Positions 8,767 to 16,887 of a stretch of DNA of 24,078 nucleotides are shown here, piece by piece. Each line of letters opens with the position of its first letter. Position 1 is the stretch's first letter. This stretch comes from Cytophagaceae bacterium (lineage in GTDB: Bacteria > Bacteroidota > Bacteroidia > Cytophagales > Cytophagaceae). The position numbers and the translations under genes are program-made. The stretch spans positions 1 to 24,078 of the forward strand of contig DATHPH010000166.1 in assembly GCA_035484095.1 (NCBI GenBank). Direction: 5' to 3'. The notes beneath the pieces were generated by a model, which searched no databases, was not told the origin of the DNA, and saw only the letters and a list, made by a program, of their open reading frames with translations.

Positions 8767-9843
8767 ATGAAGCTACTTGACAAATACATACTGAAAAAAT
8801 TTCTGGTCTCTTTTTTCTTTGTAGTAATTTTACTGGTCACCGTTATTGTTGTCATAGATATTACAGAACGATTGGATGACTTTATGTCAAGTGGTTCAAG
8901 TTTTAAATCTGTAATAGTGGACTATTACCTAAACTTCGTCCCATACATTGCCAATATGTTGAGTCCGATTACCGTATTTATTGCAACGGTTTTCGTAACC
9001 GCCCGATTGGCTGCTCATACTGAAATCATTGCCATACTAAGCAGTGGAGTAAGTTTTAAACGACTCCTTTTTCCCTATTTTATTGGTTCTCTTATGATAG
9101 GAATCGGAACATTCTTTTTAATTGGCTGGGTGATTCCAAAAGCAAACAAAGCCCGTGTTGATTTTGAAAAACGTTACTTTGAAGGAGAATATTTTTTTGA
9201 AGGAAGAAATGTTCATTTAAAGATAGCTCCTGAGACTTATGTCTACTTAGAAAGTTACAACAGTAGCATTAATATCGGCTACCAGTTTACACTGGAAACA
9301 ATTCGCAACAATCAGATGGTTTATAAACTCAAAACGGATAAAATTGTTTGGGACACCACCTTGAAGGCATGGCATTTGGACAATTATTCCGAGCGCACTA
9401 TTATTAAGGGTGTAGAATCGTATAAAGAAGGGTACAATAAAAATTTAAAAATTAATTTAACCGCCAAAGATTTTGGAAACAACTATATGTTACAGTCTAC
9501 TTATACGCTTCCAAAGCTTATAAAATATGTACACGAGCTCAGAGAAAAAGGAGCAGAAAATATAAATGTCTATCTGGTAGAAATGTATGAACGATTTACC
9601 TACCCCTTTTCGATCATTATTCTTACAATGATCGGTGTAGTAGTCTCTGCCCGAAAATCAAGGGAAGGAACTGGTTTTCAAATAGCTTTTGGCTTCATTC
9701 TGGCTGCAATTTATATCCTGATGGTCATTGTAAGCCGAAATTTTGCAAATGTAGGCGATATTAGTCCATTGATTGCTTCTTGGATTCCTAATGTAGTATT
9801 TTCCCTAATTGGGTTTCAAATGTACCGAAACGTACCCAAATAG
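8767..9843 (+). CDS. LptF/LptG family LPS export ABC permease
   Basis: MKLLDKYILKKF start, three N-terminal TMs, LAAHTEIIAILSSGVS, a periplasmic beta domain and C-terminal WIPN. ATG 8767 avoids an overlap with tgt. Confidence 0.9.
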   Translation: MKLLDKYILKKFLVSFFFVVILLVTVIVVIDITERLDDFMSSGSSFKSVIVDYYLNFVPYIANMLSPITVFIATVFVTARLAAHTEIIAILSSGVSFKRLLFPYFIGSLMIGIGTFFLIGWVIPKANKARVDFEKRYFEGEYFFEGRNVHLKIAPETYVYLESYNSSINIGYQFTLETIRNNQMVYKLKTDKIVWDTTLKAWHLDNYSERTIIKGVESYKEGYNKNLKINLTAKDFGNNYMLQSTYTLPKLIKYVHELREKGAENINVYLVEMYERFTYPFSIIILTMIGVVVSARKSREGTGFQIAFGFILAAIYILMVIVSRNFANVGDISPLIASWIPNVVFSLIGFQMYRNVPK

Positions 9844-9934
9844 TTAAAAAAAGATAAAAAGAGAGGAATGATTATTGTATAAAAAAGATTAATAAACTAC
9901 TTTTGGGTCTACATTTTAGAAATGAAAAATATAG

Positions 9935-9964
9935 TTGCAAATAATATTGATTTCTTATCTTTCA
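9935..9964 (+). promoter_or_regulatory. Candidate arg operon promoter (-33 TTG, -7 TATCTTTC)
   Basis: TTG at 9935-9937 and TATCTTTC at 9957-9964 (one mismatch to TAnnTTTG), with a 19-nt spacer. Confidence 0.55.
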
Positions 9965-9975
9965 ACACCACTCGC

Positions 9976-10011
9976 TTGAAAAATAAATTCTCTTTTTCTC
10001 CCAGGCCTTAG
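9976..10011 (+). CDS. Candidate leader peptide MKNKFSFSPRP (TTG start, ends AGG CCT TAG)
   Basis: Short ORF just after the predicted promoter, with a single AGG Arg codon at the penultimate position, overlapping hairpin AGGCC-TTA-GGCCT. An in-frame ATG at 9922 would give a 29-aa version. Confidence 0.35.
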   Translation: MKNKFSFSPRP

Positions 10012-10125
10012 GCCTCAGCGTTATCGTTTTGCCTATGTGGCAGAATTCTACAGATACGTCTTCCAATAACAATTCATTAATTATTGAACCAAATATTAAT
10101 TTTCTTTTAATCGCCTTAACTGAAA

Positions 10126-10791
10126 ATGTCTGAGATAAGTGTACAAATTGCCGGTAAACAACATTTGCATTTAGCAGAAACTATATGCAAAGAAATGGAA
10201 GAAAGCGCCAAAGTGCGTGGAACCGGAATCGCCAAACGAGACCCTAATTATATCTGTAAAAAGATGGAAGAGGGGAAAGCTATTATTGCCGTCACAAAAG
10301 ATGGGAAATTTGCAGGCTTTTGTTATATCGAAACATGGGGTCATGGAAATTATGTCTCCAATTCGGGACTTATTGTAGTGCCCGAATTCCGTAAATACGG
10401 ATTGGCTACTAAAATAAAACACAAAGCTTTTGAATTGACTCGTTCCAAATACCCGGAAGCCAAACTCTTTGGACTTACAACCAGTGCTGCGGTGATGAAA
10501 ATCAATGCTGAATTGGGGTATCGTGCTGTTACATTCGGCGAACTGACAGATGACGAAGAATTTTGGAAAGGTTGTCAAGGTTGTGTCAACTACCCAATCC
10601 TTGAAAGTAAGGATAAAAAAATGTGTTTCTGTACCGGAATGTTATACGATCCAAAAGAAAAAGAAGAAGAGCGATGGGATTTTATTAAAAAATCCAAGTT
10701 ATACGAAAGCTGGCAACAGTTGAAGACGCATAAATTTTTCAACATGTTTCATAACAAGAAAAAGGATAGTTTGAAAATAATGATGTCTTAA
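10126..10791 (+). CDS. GNAT-family acyltransferase, probable Bacteroidota N-acyl(succinyl/acetyl)-glutamate synthase (functional ArgA)
   Basis: GNAT motif A SGLIVVPEFRKYGLA; first gene of an arg cluster that has no canonical argA or argJ. Confidence 0.75.
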   Translation: MSEISVQIAGKQHLHLAETICKEMEESAKVRGTGIAKRDPNYICKKMEEGKAIIAVTKDGKFAGFCYIETWGHGNYVSNSGLIVVPEFRKYGLATKIKHKAFELTRSKYPEAKLFGLTTSAAVMKINAELGYRAVTFGELTDDEEFWKGCQGCVNYPILESKDKKMCFCTGMLYDPKEKEEERWDFIKKSKLYESWQQLKTHKFFNMFHNKKKDSLKIMMS

Positions 10792-10830
10792 TTTGACTTT
10801 ACAGAACTTAAAAATTAAAGAAATAGTATA

Positions 10831-12027
10831 ATGAAAAAGAAACTTGTTTTAGCATTTAGCGGTGGTCTTGATACTACTTACTGTTTGAAATACCTTACAG
10901 AAGACAGAGGATTTGATGTAGATACAGTTATTGTAGATACAGGAGGATTTAGTAAAGAAGAGCTGGAAGACATTGAAAGAAAGGCTTACGAACTTGGCGT
11001 AACCAAACACACTTGTATAGATCAGATAAGCAATTATTACCAGAACTGTATCAAATACATGATATTTGGGAATGTCTTAAAAAACAATACTTACCCACTT
11101 TCTGTTTCTGCCGAAAGAATGTTTCAGGCATTGGCCATAGCCGAATATGCAAAGTCGGTGAACGCAGATGCTGTAGCACATGGCTCTACAGGTGCCGGGA
11201 ACGATCAGGTACGTTTTGATATGGTATTTCATATTCTGATTCCAGGAATTGAAATTATCACTCCAATACGGGACAATAAGCTTTCACGTGAAGCGGAAAT
11301 AGAATACCTGAAAGCAAAAGGCGTAGAACGTGATTGGACAAAAGCAGCTTACTCCATCAACAAAGGAATCTGGGGAACCTCGGTTGGCGGCAAAGAAACA
11401 CTTACCCCGGACGGTTACCTTCCCGAAACAGCTTGGCCTACACAAGTTACCAAACACCATCCGGAAGAAATTTCACTTGATTTTGAAAACGGAGAATTTG
11501 TAGGTATTAACGGAACCAAAGCCGCAGATCCTGTTGGAGCAATTCTATGGTTAAAAGAAATTGCCGGTCCTTTTGGCATAGGCCGTGACATTCATGTAGG
11601 TGATACTATCATTGGTATCAAAGGACGTGTTGGCTTCGAAGCTCCTGCTCCGCTTATTATTATCAAAGCACATCATTTGTTGGAAAAACACACGCTTACC
11701 AAATGGCAAATGTATTGGAAAGATCAACTCGCCAACTGGTACGGAACACTGCTGCACGAAGGACAATACCTGGAACCTGTTATGCGAAACATAGAAACAT
11801 TTCTTGCTGACAGCCAAAAAAGTGTAACCGGATCGGTAAGAGTACAACTTGCTCCTTATCATTTCTATTTACTTGGCATTCACTCACCGTACGATATGAT
11901 GTCTTCTAAATTCGGCACGTATGGAGAAATGAACAATGCCTGGAGCGGAGACGATGTAAGGGGCTTCTCCAAAATCCTCGCAAATCAGGCAATGTTTCAT
12001 GGATTGGTGAATCAAGAGAATAAATAA
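10831..12027 (+). CDS. argG: Argininosuccinate synthase
   Basis: LAFSGGLDT, AHGSTGAGNDQVRF and KGRVGFEAP motifs. Confidence 0.97.
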   Translation: MKKKLVLAFSGGLDTTYCLKYLTEDRGFDVDTVIVDTGGFSKEELEDIERKAYELGVTKHTCIDQISNYYQNCIKYMIFGNVLKNNTYPLSVSAERMFQALAIAEYAKSVNADAVAHGSTGAGNDQVRFDMVFHILIPGIEIITPIRDNKLSREAEIEYLKAKGVERDWTKAAYSINKGIWGTSVGGKETLTPDGYLPETAWPTQVTKHHPEEISLDFENGEFVGINGTKAADPVGAILWLKEIAGPFGIGRDIHVGDTIIGIKGRVGFEAPAPLIIIKAHHLLEKHTLTKWQMYWKDQLANWYGTLLHEGQYLEPVMRNIETFLADSQKSVTGSVRVQLAPYHFYLLGIHSPYDMMSSKFGTYGEMNNAWSGDDVRGFSKILANQAMFHGLVNQENK

Positions 12028-12046
12028 AATATAAGGTTTATATGAA

Positions 12047-12087
12047 AATACAAATAAATGATGTTAGTCGCATCATTTATTTGTATT
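12047..12087. repeat. Perfect 17-bp inverted repeat with a 7-nt loop
   Basis: AATACAAATAAATGATG-ttagtcg-CATCATTTATTTGTATT. Confidence 0.95.
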
Positions 12088-12212
12088 AAAACAGTTTTCC
12101 CAAACTGAGATTTCAAAACAGAAACAACAAAACGTACCACCCGAATATACCGTAAATAATTTAATCAAAGGGTTTACATCTGGATAGGGATAGAGTATTT
12201 AAGATAACAAGT

Positions 12213-13214
12213 ATGATAAAAGTCGGCATCGTAGGAAGCGCAGGATACACAGGAGGAGAGTTAATTCGGTTGTTAATATTCCATCCGGAAGTGACCATTG
12301 TTTTTGCCCATAGCAACAGCAATTCCGGCAATCCCGTTTCTCAGGTACATACCGATTTGTTTGGGGTAACGGATTTGAAATTTTCCGACACCCTTTCCAA
12401 CAACATTGATGTATTGTTTATGTGTGTGGGCCATGGAGATGCTGTAAAATTCATAGACAGCAATACCGATTATTTTAAAGATTCTATGTTCAAAATAATC
12501 GATTTGAGTCAGGATTTTCGAATTCATGAAAAAAACAAAACCTATTCTTCCGTTCTTAATACTCAAGAATTTGTTTACGGTCTTGCCGAATTACAGAAAG
12601 AAAAAGTAAAAAAAGCAAAATACATTGCAAACCCTGGATGTTTTGCTACGTGTATCCAGCTTGGGTTGTATCCACTTGCCGCAAAAGGATTGATCAAAGA
12701 CGAAATACACATTTCCGGAATTACAGGTTCTACCGGTGCAGGCCAAGGTCTTTCTCCAACATCTCATTTTAGCTGGAGAAATAATAATTTTTCCATTTAC
12801 AAAGCCTTTACACACCAACATCTGAAAGAAATTACCCAAAGCCTGAAACAACTTCAACCTTCGTTGGACAAAGCAATTAACTTCATTCCTTTCCGTGGCG
12901 ATTTTACACGGGGAATTTATGCAACACTATATACTACCTACGACGGGACGATTGAAGAGGCCTATAAACTATACGAAGACTATTATGCAGGACATCCTTT
13001 CACGCACGTTTCCAAAGTAAACCCTGATTTGAAACAAGTAGTCAATACAAACAATACAATCGTTTATCTGGAAAAACATGACAATAAACTATTAATTGTA
13101 AGTATGAACGATAATTTATTAAAAGGTGCCTCGGGACAAGCTGTTCAAAATATGAACCTGATGTTTGGGTTGGAAGAAACTACCGGATTAAAATTGAAAG
13201 CCGCTTCCTTTTAA
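12213..13214 (+). CDS. argC: N-acyl-gamma-glutamyl-phosphate reductase
   Basis: GSAGYTGGEL, IANPGCFAT, GSTGAG and DNLLKGASGQAVQNMN motifs. Confidence 0.97.
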   Translation: MIKVGIVGSAGYTGGELIRLLIFHPEVTIVFAHSNSNSGNPVSQVHTDLFGVTDLKFSDTLSNNIDVLFMCVGHGDAVKFIDSNTDYFKDSMFKIIDLSQDFRIHEKNKTYSSVLNTQEFVYGLAELQKEKVKKAKYIANPGCFATCIQLGLYPLAAKGLIKDEIHISGITGSTGAGQGLSPTSHFSWRNNNFSIYKAFTHQHLKEITQSLKQLQPSLDKAINFIPFRGDFTRGIYATLYTTYDGTIEEAYKLYEDYYAGHPFTHVSKVNPDLKQVVNTNNTIVYLEKHDNKLLIVSMNDNLLKGASGQAVQNMNLMFGLEETTGLKLKAASF

Positions 13215-13228
13215 TTAGAATTACCCAT

Positions 13229-13246
13229 TTATAATTTAAATTATAA
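13229..13246. repeat. Perfect 18-bp AT-only palindrome just upstream of the argD start
   Basis: TTATAATTTAAATTATAA is its own reverse complement. Confidence 0.85.
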
Positions 13247-13250
13247 TACT

Positions 13251-14399
13251 ATGAAACCATTCGATGTATACCCTCTTATCAATGTTGAGCCTGTAAAAGC
13301 TCAAGGTTCTTATCTTTGGGATAAAAACGGAATCAAATACCTGGATCTTTATGGCGGTCATGCGGTGATATCGATTGGACATACACACCCACATTATGTA
13401 AAAAGAATTACAGAACAATTGAATAAAATTGCGTTCTATTCTAATTATGTTATCATTTCATTGCAGGAAGAGCTGGCCAAACTTTTAGGAGAGGTTTCAG
13501 GAAAAACGGATTACCAACTTTTCCTTTGTAATTCAGGTGCTGAAGCCAATGAAAATGCCTTAAAACTTGCCTCTTTCCACAACGGAAAGAAAAAAATAAT
13601 CGCATTCAAAAGAGGCTTTCATGGTAGAACTTCTTTGGCTGTTGCCGCTACTGACAACACTTCCATTGTGGCTCCTGTAAATCAAACAGACAATATTGTG
13701 TTTCTTCCATTCAACGATGAACAAGCATTGGAAGAAGCATTCAAAGAATATGAAAATGAAATTTCTTCTGTCATCGTTGAAGGAATTCAAGGTGTAGGTG
13801 GAATTTACGTTGCCTCAGAATCTTTTCTTAAAAAGATCCGCTCCTTATGTGACCAACATAATGCCGTTTATATTGCCGACTCTGTACAATGTGGATACGG
13901 ACGTAGTGGCAAGTTCTATTCACATGATTTTGCCGGAGTAAATGCTGACATTTATACCATGGCCAAAGGAATGGGCAATGGATTCCCAATTGGCGGAATT
14001 TCGATAGCACCTTCTATCAAACCTAAGCATGGCATGCTTGGTACTACTTTTGGCGGAAATCATCTGGCCTGTGCCGCTGCTCTGGCAGTGCTGGAAGTAA
14101 TGAAAGAAGAAAAAGTAATGGAAAATTCCAATTATCTGGGGAGTTACTTAATGGGTGAATTGAAAAAAATATCGGGTGTAAAAGAAGTTCGCGGACGTGG
14201 ATTGATGATTGGAATAGAATTAGAATTCCCTTGTGCAGATGTGCGTAATAGTTTAATCTTTGACCACAAAATATTTACTGGCTCTTCTTCCGATAAAAAT
14301 ACAATGCGACTTTTGTCAGCACTGAATTTACAGAAACAAGAAGCTGATTTCTTTTTGAATGCCTTTAAAGAAGTAATGAGCAAAATGCTTGTTAAATAA
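13251..14399 (+). CDS. argD: Acyl-ornithine aminotransferase (class III PLP)
   Basis: DLYGGHAV, NSGAEANE, FHGRT, EGIQGVGG, DSVQCGYGRSG, TMAKGMGNG (PLP Lys) and GTTFGGN motifs. Confidence 0.95.
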   Translation: MKPFDVYPLINVEPVKAQGSYLWDKNGIKYLDLYGGHAVISIGHTHPHYVKRITEQLNKIAFYSNYVIISLQEELAKLLGEVSGKTDYQLFLCNSGAEANENALKLASFHNGKKKIIAFKRGFHGRTSLAVAATDNTSIVAPVNQTDNIVFLPFNDEQALEEAFKEYENEISSVIVEGIQGVGGIYVASESFLKKIRSLCDQHNAVYIADSVQCGYGRSGKFYSHDFAGVNADIYTMAKGMGNGFPIGGISIAPSIKPKHGMLGTTFGGNHLACAAALAVLEVMKEEKVMENSNYLGSYLMGELKKISGVKEVRGRGLMIGIELEFPCADVRNSLIFDHKIFTGSSSDKNTMRLLSALNLQKQEADFFLNAFKEVMSKMLVK

Positions 14400-14448
14400 T
14401 CCTTTCCGGAATCAGGATTTGCCGGATTTTGGAATGTCCGGAATTTAT

Positions 14449-14510
14449 TTCTATTGGTACATTAAATTCAATTTGATAATATAAAAATTGAATTTAATGT
14501 ACCAATAGAA
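14449..14510. repeat. Perfect 26-bp inverted repeat with a 10-nt loop, followed by a T-rich tract
   Basis: TTCTATTGGTACATTAAATTCAATTT-gataatataa-AAATTGAATTTAATGTACCAATAGAA, then GCACTTTTTATTTT. Confidence 0.97.
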
Positions 14511-14584
14511 GCACTTTTTATTTTATAGCTTAGAACTATTTTTTGATTCATGACACGTAATCATTTAATTGATATCGAGTCGAG

Positions 14585-14760
14585 AAAAGATGAGGCGATT
14601 TTGTGGTGGAAGACAGATTAATCATTGACTCAAAAGCTTTTATTAATCTCAACCAAACTCACTTGATGCCACCTAAGAATTAAGTGATTGCGTACAATTT
14701 TGAAAAAAGTCTCTACCCAATTTCGAAAACAATGCTCTTCAAGACAAATTAATATCCAAC
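14585..14760 (+). pseudogene. Relic of a GxxExxY protein (PD-(D/E)XK nuclease-like), C-terminal half
   Basis: Reads KR*GDFVVEDRLIIDSKAFINLNQTHLMPPKN*VIAYNFEKSL, then after a -1 shift near 14713 LPNFENNALQDKLISN. This is gap-free colinear with the family consensus as I recall it (ADFVVE..VIVELKA...L...HLAQALNYLEAYNLEVGLLINFG..SL.FKRL). Confidence 0.75.
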
Positions 14761-14942
14761 TTAGGATGCAATTCTGACAAGGGAAAATCTCCATCCAAAA
14801 ATCAAGCGAGAATAAATAATGGTAAAGAATAGATAATATTGTAAATTCAGATCATTGTATTAATTTAGATTTGAGAATGAACAAACAAATATATTCATGC
14901 TCAATCCCAGTAAATTCTGTTCAAGATATTATATAATTTACA

Positions 14943-15893
14943 ATGAGAAATTTCACCACCGTCACCGATGTAGTCGACCTCAACGCACTATTGCAAGATG
15001 CCATAGCCTTAAAGAAAAATCCTTATGCCTTCAAAACTTTAGGTGCCAATAAAACATTGGGATTAATATTCTTAAACCCAAGTCTCCGTACACGTTTAAG
15101 TACGCAAAAAGCCGCACTGAACCTGGGTATGAACGTCATGGTCATGAACATGGACAAAGAAGGCTGGGCGCTCGAAACAGAAGACGGCATTGTGATGAAT
15201 CAAAACACGGTAGAACATATCAAAGAAGCAGCAGCGGTGATGGGCCAATACTGTGATATTATTGGCGTTCGTTCGTTCCCTAAACTATTGGATCAGGAAG
15301 AAGATTATTCAGGTGATTTTTTTAAGAAATTTATTAAATACTCTGGTGTGCCAATCGTAAGTCTTGAAAGCTCTATTCTACATCCACTGCAATCTTTTGC
15401 CGATGTATTGACTATCGAAGAAACGAAGAAAACAGCAAGACCAAAGGTAGTACTTACCTGGGCACCTCATATCAAAGCATTGCCACAAGCCGTACCCAAT
15501 TCTTTTGCAGAATGGATGAATGTGTACGATGTAGATTTTACGATTACACATCCAAAAGGATATGACCTGGCGGAAAAATTTAGTGGTAAAGCAAAAATTG
15601 AATACAATCAAGATAAGGCACTCGAAGGTGCTGATTATATTTATGTAAAAAACTGGTCGTCATACGAAGATTACGGAAAGGTACTTTCCATGGATAGCAA
15701 CTGGATGATGACAAATGATAAATTAAAAAATACGAACAACGGAAAGGTAATGCACTGTCTTCCGGTACGTCGTGGCATCGAATTGGCAGATGAAATTCTG
15801 GACGGGCCAAACTCATTGGTAATTCAGGAAGCCGGCAATCGTCTATGGAGTGCTCAAGCGGTGTTGAAGAAAATATTGGAATCGAATTTTTAA
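14943..15893 (+). CDS. argF': N-succinyl/N-acetyl-ornithine carbamoyltransferase (ArgF'), predicted N-succinylornithine type
   Basis: NPSLRTRLS, HPLQSFAD, TWAPHIKALPQAVPNSF, KNW and HCLPVRR are typical of the AOTCase/SOTCase subfamily; Val at position 90. Confidence 0.92.
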   Translation: MRNFTTVTDVVDLNALLQDAIALKKNPYAFKTLGANKTLGLIFLNPSLRTRLSTQKAALNLGMNVMVMNMDKEGWALETEDGIVMNQNTVEHIKEAAAVMGQYCDIIGVRSFPKLLDQEEDYSGDFFKKFIKYSGVPIVSLESSILHPLQSFADVLTIEETKKTARPKVVLTWAPHIKALPQAVPNSFAEWMNVYDVDFTITHPKGYDLAEKFSGKAKIEYNQDKALEGADYIYVKNWSSYEDYGKVLSMDSNWMMTNDKLKNTNNGKVMHCLPVRRGIELADEILDGPNSLVIQEAGNRLWSAQAVLKKILESNF

Positions 15894-15897
15894 CGAA

Positions 15898-15948
15898 ACA
15901 TGAAGGCACAAAGACGCGAAGCGTTTTTATACTTTCGTATTTTTGAGG
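15898..15948. repeat. Degenerate 8-mer tandem units with an imperfect inverted copy (REP-like hairpin)
   Basis: CATGAAGG-CACAAAGA-CGCGAAGC followed by CTTTCGTATTTTTGAGG, which can fold back on it. Confidence 0.55.
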
Positions 15949-15960
15949 TTGAATTGAAAG

Positions 15961-16755
15961 ATGGAAAAATTATACGTAATTAAAATTGGGGGAAATATTA
16001 TAGAAGATGCAAAGGTCCTTGATGATTTTCTGTGCAACTTTGCCTCTTTAAATTGTTATAAAGTTTTAATTCATGGAGGAGGAAAGAATGCTACACAATT
16101 CGCTAATGATATTGGAATTGAAGCGCAATTTGTGGAAGGAAGAAGAATAACAGATGAGAAAATGCTGAGAATTGTACAGCAAATATATACGAGCCTCAAT
16201 CAAGAAATTATAATAAAATTATTTAATCTCGGCTGTAAAGCGACTGGGATAACCGGAAAAGATGGCAAAATCATCAATGCCGTTAAAAGAGCTCCATTGA
16301 ACGGGATAGATTATGGGTTTGTTGGAGATATAAGGGAAGTAAACGGTGAATTCTTATCGGATATAATTATTAAAGATCAATCAATTCCTGTTTTATCCCC
16401 TATTGTTTATGATATCCAGACAAAAAAAGTACTGAATACCAATGCAGATACTATTGCCTATAATGTTGCAAAATCACTTATATCAAAATTTGAAGTCCAT
16501 CTTATTTATTGTTTTGAATTAAAAGGTGTACTCGAAAATTTCGAAGATAAAAATTCCGTTATTTCAGAAATTACTCCTGCAAAATATTCCGAACTGAAAG
16601 AAAAAGGAATTATATCCAAAGGTATGATTCCTAAGATGGACAATTCTTTTGATGCTATCCATTCAGGTGTTACTTCTGTCAGAATTTGTCACGCAGATGA
16701 TTTAGTTGATATTATAAATAAAGAAGAATTAAAAGGTACAAAATTGCATAAATAG
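15961..16755 (+). CDS. argB: N-acylglutamate kinase
   Basis: VIKIGGN, LIHGGGK, GRRITD, GFVGDI, NTNADTIA and GMIPKM motifs. Confidence 0.96.
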   Translation: MEKLYVIKIGGNIIEDAKVLDDFLCNFASLNCYKVLIHGGGKNATQFANDIGIEAQFVEGRRITDEKMLRIVQQIYTSLNQEIIIKLFNLGCKATGITGKDGKIINAVKRAPLNGIDYGFVGDIREVNGEFLSDIIIKDQSIPVLSPIVYDIQTKKVLNTNADTIAYNVAKSLISKFEVHLIYCFELKGVLENFEDKNSVISEITPAKYSELKEKGIISKGMIPKMDNSFDAIHSGVTSVRICHADDLVDIINKEELKGTKLHK

Positions 16756-16809
16756 CTATAGGAACTAAAATCTACTATCAAAACTCTTTTTTACCTTCAA
16801 TTATTTATT

Positions 16810-16817
16810 TACCTTTG
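16810..16817 (+). promoter_or_regulatory. Internal promoter -7 element (TACCTTTG)
   Basis: Exact TAnnTTTG match, with an ATG 4 nt downstream. Confidence 0.65.
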
Positions 16818-16821
16818 CCCC

Positions 16822-16887
16822 ATGCAAACCAACAAGGCATATATACTTTTTAGCCCCATTACTACTACTCCCTGCGGGGTTCGGTAA
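16822..16887 (+). CDS. Candidate leaderless leader peptide MQTNKAYILFSPITTTPCGVR (21 aa, ends CGG TAA)
   Basis: ATG at the expected transcription start, an ATT-ACT-ACT-ACT codon run and a terminal CGG Arg; upstream of argE-argH. Confidence 0.45.
   Translation: MQTNKAYILFSPITTTPCGVR

Larger units (their letters stand above)
14409..14922. mobile_element. Putative decayed repeat-bounded cassette carrying a GxxExxY relic
   Basis: GAATCAGGATTTGCCGGATT (14409-14428) is an imperfect inverted match, about 16 of 21 aligned columns, to AATCCCAGTAAATTCTGTTC (14903-14922); the two enclose the pseudogene. Confidence 0.4.

Noticed and set aside
9930-10090. Possible ARG boxes (TTGCAAATAATATTGAT; TTCATTAATTATTGAA)
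   Set aside because: Poor match or wrong polarity versus TGAAT-N4-ATTCA, and no argR in the window; the same applies to ATGAA-N12-TTCAT at 14877-14898.
12088-12212. Possible toxin-gene relic (NVPPEYTVNNLIKG) after the 17-bp hairpin
   Set aside because: Resemblance to RelE/HigB-type motifs is too weak, and there is no start codon.
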